A stretch of 7,738 nucleotides of DNA from IMG/VR virus record IMGVR_UViG_2802429219_000018. One strand, written 5' to 3'. The position numbers and the translations under genes are program-made. The stretch comes from a virus (Duplodnaviria > Heunggongvirae > Uroviricota > Caudoviricetes). Shown here piece after piece: positions 5,640 to 7,738 of the stretch; position 1 is the first letter of the stretch, and the number at the start of each line of letters is the position of its first letter. A model generated the notes under the pieces. It was not told the DNA's origin, ran no database searches, and was given only the letters and a program-made list of their open reading frames with translations.

Positions 5640-6395
5640 CTACGATTTAATTGATTTATTGGCTTCAGCAAACTTTGCTTCCAGCGTTCTTGAACTCATC
5701 CCCGGCTTACCTTCAAAATGTCCCAATAAATTACTAATAATAGAGCTTTGATTTTCGAATACAGATTGCTTAATACCAGCAGGTGAACGCCCTAACATTA
5801 GAAAAAGCAACCCTCCAATAATGTTTAAATATGTTGTTTCAGAACGTTGGTCAATGTTTTGCACGGAGTTATCAACCATTCGTCGTAGTGAATCACGTTC
5901 CCCTTGTAATTCGGAAATTTCATTTTTCTGCTGTTGGAAAGTCTTCATAGCATTATCTAAGCGAATATTAAGACGTTTGTTTTCAGCCTGAAGAGTTTGA
6001 TATGCCTCGACTGTAATTCCAGCATGTAACTGCTGCTCAACAGCATCAAAAAGGAAAGCTGGTTTTTGGTTGGGATAGTTTTTTGACATCCATGATTTCA
6101 GATCGGAATGGCGGACGGTTAAACGGTGCTTAGCAACCTGTTCTCCAGGTTGAACAGTTTTACCATCACGGCCATAAGGAATTTCACAATTATGGATTGC
6201 ATCTAAAATTTTCTCAGCATTAACACGCAAGCAAGGCCATTGAGGGAACATTCCAACGCTAGGTAAAACTCCATCTCCCACTCGCTCCAATATTAAAACT
6301 TCATGAGCAATTAAATTACACCAACGTAGCGCCGCTTCAATTGGAGTGTAATATGCCTTTTCAAGAGAACTACAGCTTTTTGAATTGTAAGTCAC
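5640..6395 (-). CDS. Hypothetical protein (251 aa) in the integrase-alpA cargo slot; predicted N-terminal globular domain, coiled coil and hydrophobic helix
   Basis: GTG start at 6395 with GAGG 9 nt upstream; TAG stop 5642-5640. Hand GC counts on four 60-nt blocks (5701-5760, 5821-5880, 6001-6060, 6241-6300) give about 33-43 percent, against about 47-60 percent in int and ant blocks. Heptad-like segment QTLQAENKRLNIRLDNAMKTFQQQKNEISELQGERDSLRRMVDN followed by hydrophobic TTYLNIIGGLLFLMLG. No family recognised. Confidence 0.7.
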   Translation of the reverse strand: MTYNSKSCSSLEKAYYTPIEAALRWCNLIAHEVLILERVGDGVLPSVGMFPQWPCLRVNAEKILDAIHNCEIPYGRDGKTVQPGEQVAKHRLTVRHSDLKSWMSKNYPNQKPAFLFDAVEQQLHAGITVEAYQTLQAENKRLNIRLDNAMKTFQQQKNEISELQGERDSLRRMVDNSVQNIDQRSETTYLNIIGGLLFLMLGRSPAGIKQSVFENQSSIISNLLGHFEGKPGMSSRTLEAKFAEANKSIKS

Positions 6396-6523
6396 TCTGT
6401 GCTACCTCGCACCCTCTGTAAAAGTGGCTGTGCCAGCCCGCAGAGGTGTACGGGTTTTCAGGAGCGACCCTAGACACAGCCTTTTCTTAATCGCTCAAAG
6501 TCTACTACTGTATACTCAACCAG

Positions 6524-7738
6524 TCACCCGCATTTTCCGAACTCACCATGCACCACATTTCCGCCATGCTCGAGCGAATCCATATAATCGGCGTACCACT
6601 GAAGCATTTCCCGCCGTCCATCCAGATATTGCGCATGGTTGTATGTGCCACGAATTGAGTTTTTATCGACGTGTGCGAGCTGCGTCTCTATCCATGCGGT
6701 GTTATAGCCCTGCTCATGCAAAATGGTGCTCATGGTGTGCCGGAATCCATGACCAGTAACCTTTCCGTTATAGCCGATGCGTTTAAATACTTGGTTTATG
6801 CTAGCCTCGCTCATTGTTTTCCTTGGATCATTACGGCCGGGAAACATAAGCGGATAATTGCCAGTTAATTCTTTAATCTGCCCAATAAGAGAAAGAGCCT
6901 GCTTAGACAAAGGCACCACATGAGGGCGACGCATTTTCATCCGTGAAGCAGGTATCTCCCAGATAGCCTTGTTGAGATCGATTTCATCCCATAATGCACC
7001 GCGCAGTTCGCCAGTTCGCAAACCAGTGATAATCAGTAGACGAGCCGCCATAACAACCAATGCACTTCCTGAGTAACTGGACAATGCCTTGAAAAAATCA
7101 GGCAATTCTTTGGCTGTGAGGAAAGGATAATGATTAGATTCATGGCCTTGCATCGCGCTAGTAAGATCTGGGGCAGGGTTATACTCTGCGCGACCAGTGA
7201 CTATTGCATAGCGGAAAACTTCCCCACACCGCTGCCTCACTTTTTTGGCTTTTTCTGTAGCACCGCGCCCCTCGATGCGTCGCAGCACATTCAGAAGTTC
7301 AAGTGGTTTGATTTCGGCGATTGGTTTTTTGCCAATGTAAGGGAACACATCTTTGTTGAAGGCTTCGAGGATGTCTGAAGCATAACCAGCAGACCATTTT
7401 TTTAATTTGCTGCTGTGCCACTCAAGGGCAATATCTTTGAAGGTGTTGTTTAACTGCGTTTCCCGGGCAATCTTTTCCTCTCGTTTCGCTTCCATCGGAT
7501 CGATACCCCCAGCGATACCCCTTTTAGCTTCTTCACGTTTTGCACGAGCATCAGCCAAGGTAACTTCAGGATACACACCTAGTGCTAACAGCTTCTCTTT
7601 ACCAGCTACACGATACTTGAAGCGCCAATATTTTCCTCCACTAGGTTTTACCAAGAGATACAGACCACCACCATCAGCCAGCTTGTAAGCCTTCTCTTTT
7701 GGCTTGGCAGTGTCTATTTGACGGGCATTGAGTTTCAC
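6524..7738 (-). CDS. int: Site-specific tyrosine integrase, P4-type (N-terminal arm-binding domain plus catalytic domain)
   Basis: The N-terminus KLNARQIDTAKPKEKAYKLADGGGLYLLVKPSGGKYWRFKYRVAGKEK is the typical P4-family integrase arm-binding region. C-terminal catalytic signature HGFRHT...LAH...RGTYNHAQY (H-x-x-R, catalytic Tyr). The ORF starts with GTG at the very last base of the window, so the true start may be at or just beyond the edge. Confidence 0.9.
   Translation of the reverse strand: MKLNARQIDTAKPKEKAYKLADGGGLYLLVKPSGGKYWRFKYRVAGKEKLLALGVYPEVTLADARAKREEAKRGIAGGIDPMEAKREEKIARETQLNNTFKDIALEWHSSKLKKWSAGYASDILEAFNKDVFPYIGKKPIAEIKPLELLNVLRRIEGRGATEKAKKVRQRCGEVFRYAIVTGRAEYNPAPDLTSAMQGHESNHYPFLTAKELPDFFKALSSYSGSALVVMAARLLIITGLRTGELRGALWDEIDLNKAIWEIPASRMKMRRPHVVPLSKQALSLIGQIKELTGNYPLMFPGRNDPRKTMSEASINQVFKRIGYNGKVTGHGFRHTMSTILHEQGYNTAWIETQLAHVDKNSIRGTYNHAQYLDGRREMLQWYADYMDSLEHGGNVVHGEFGKCG

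Noticed and set aside
5640-6395. An R-x4-H motif (RLTVRH) in the 251-aa protein that could hint at a HEPN-like RNase domain
   Set aside because: A single short motif arises easily by chance, and I cannot verify the all-helical context without a profile or structure search. It is noted only as something to test.
6424-7688. Plus-strand ORFs 6424..6759, 6671..6868, 7130..7378 and 7407..7688
   Set aside because: Antisense to the integrase gene, which is strongly supported by family motifs.

Overview
This 7.7 kb window is a slice of an integrase-anchored mobile island of the phage-satellite / PICI-like type, with enterobacterial-style ribosome-binding sites. All convincing genes but one lie on the minus strand, running from a P4-type tyrosine integrase at the right edge (start codon at 7738) down to an iteron-type replication origin at the left (about 125-448). 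In between are a lone AT-rich 251-aa gene of unknown function, an AlpA-family regulator, an AntA-domain antirepressor-like protein, and a five-gene translationally coupled operon ending in a large P-loop replication protein. One small gene (3880-4182, + strand) is divergent and looks like a ribbon-helix-helix regulator; it sits beside an array of GTGA(G)ATA(TA)CA operator-like repeats. No psu/delta/sid capsid-remodelling genes, tRNA, rRNA, CRISPR array or IS element are visible in the window. The most interesting unexplained content is: (1) the 251-aa gene in the int-alpA slot, a candidate undescribed cargo or defence gene; (2) a ~50-aa 'FTG...ENG...ExxxEL' domain present three times across two adjacent small genes; (3) two perfect 18-bp palindromes upstream of alpA, with a possible SD-sequestering hairpin in its leader. 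All functional assignments rest on motif recognition by eye, without database searches.
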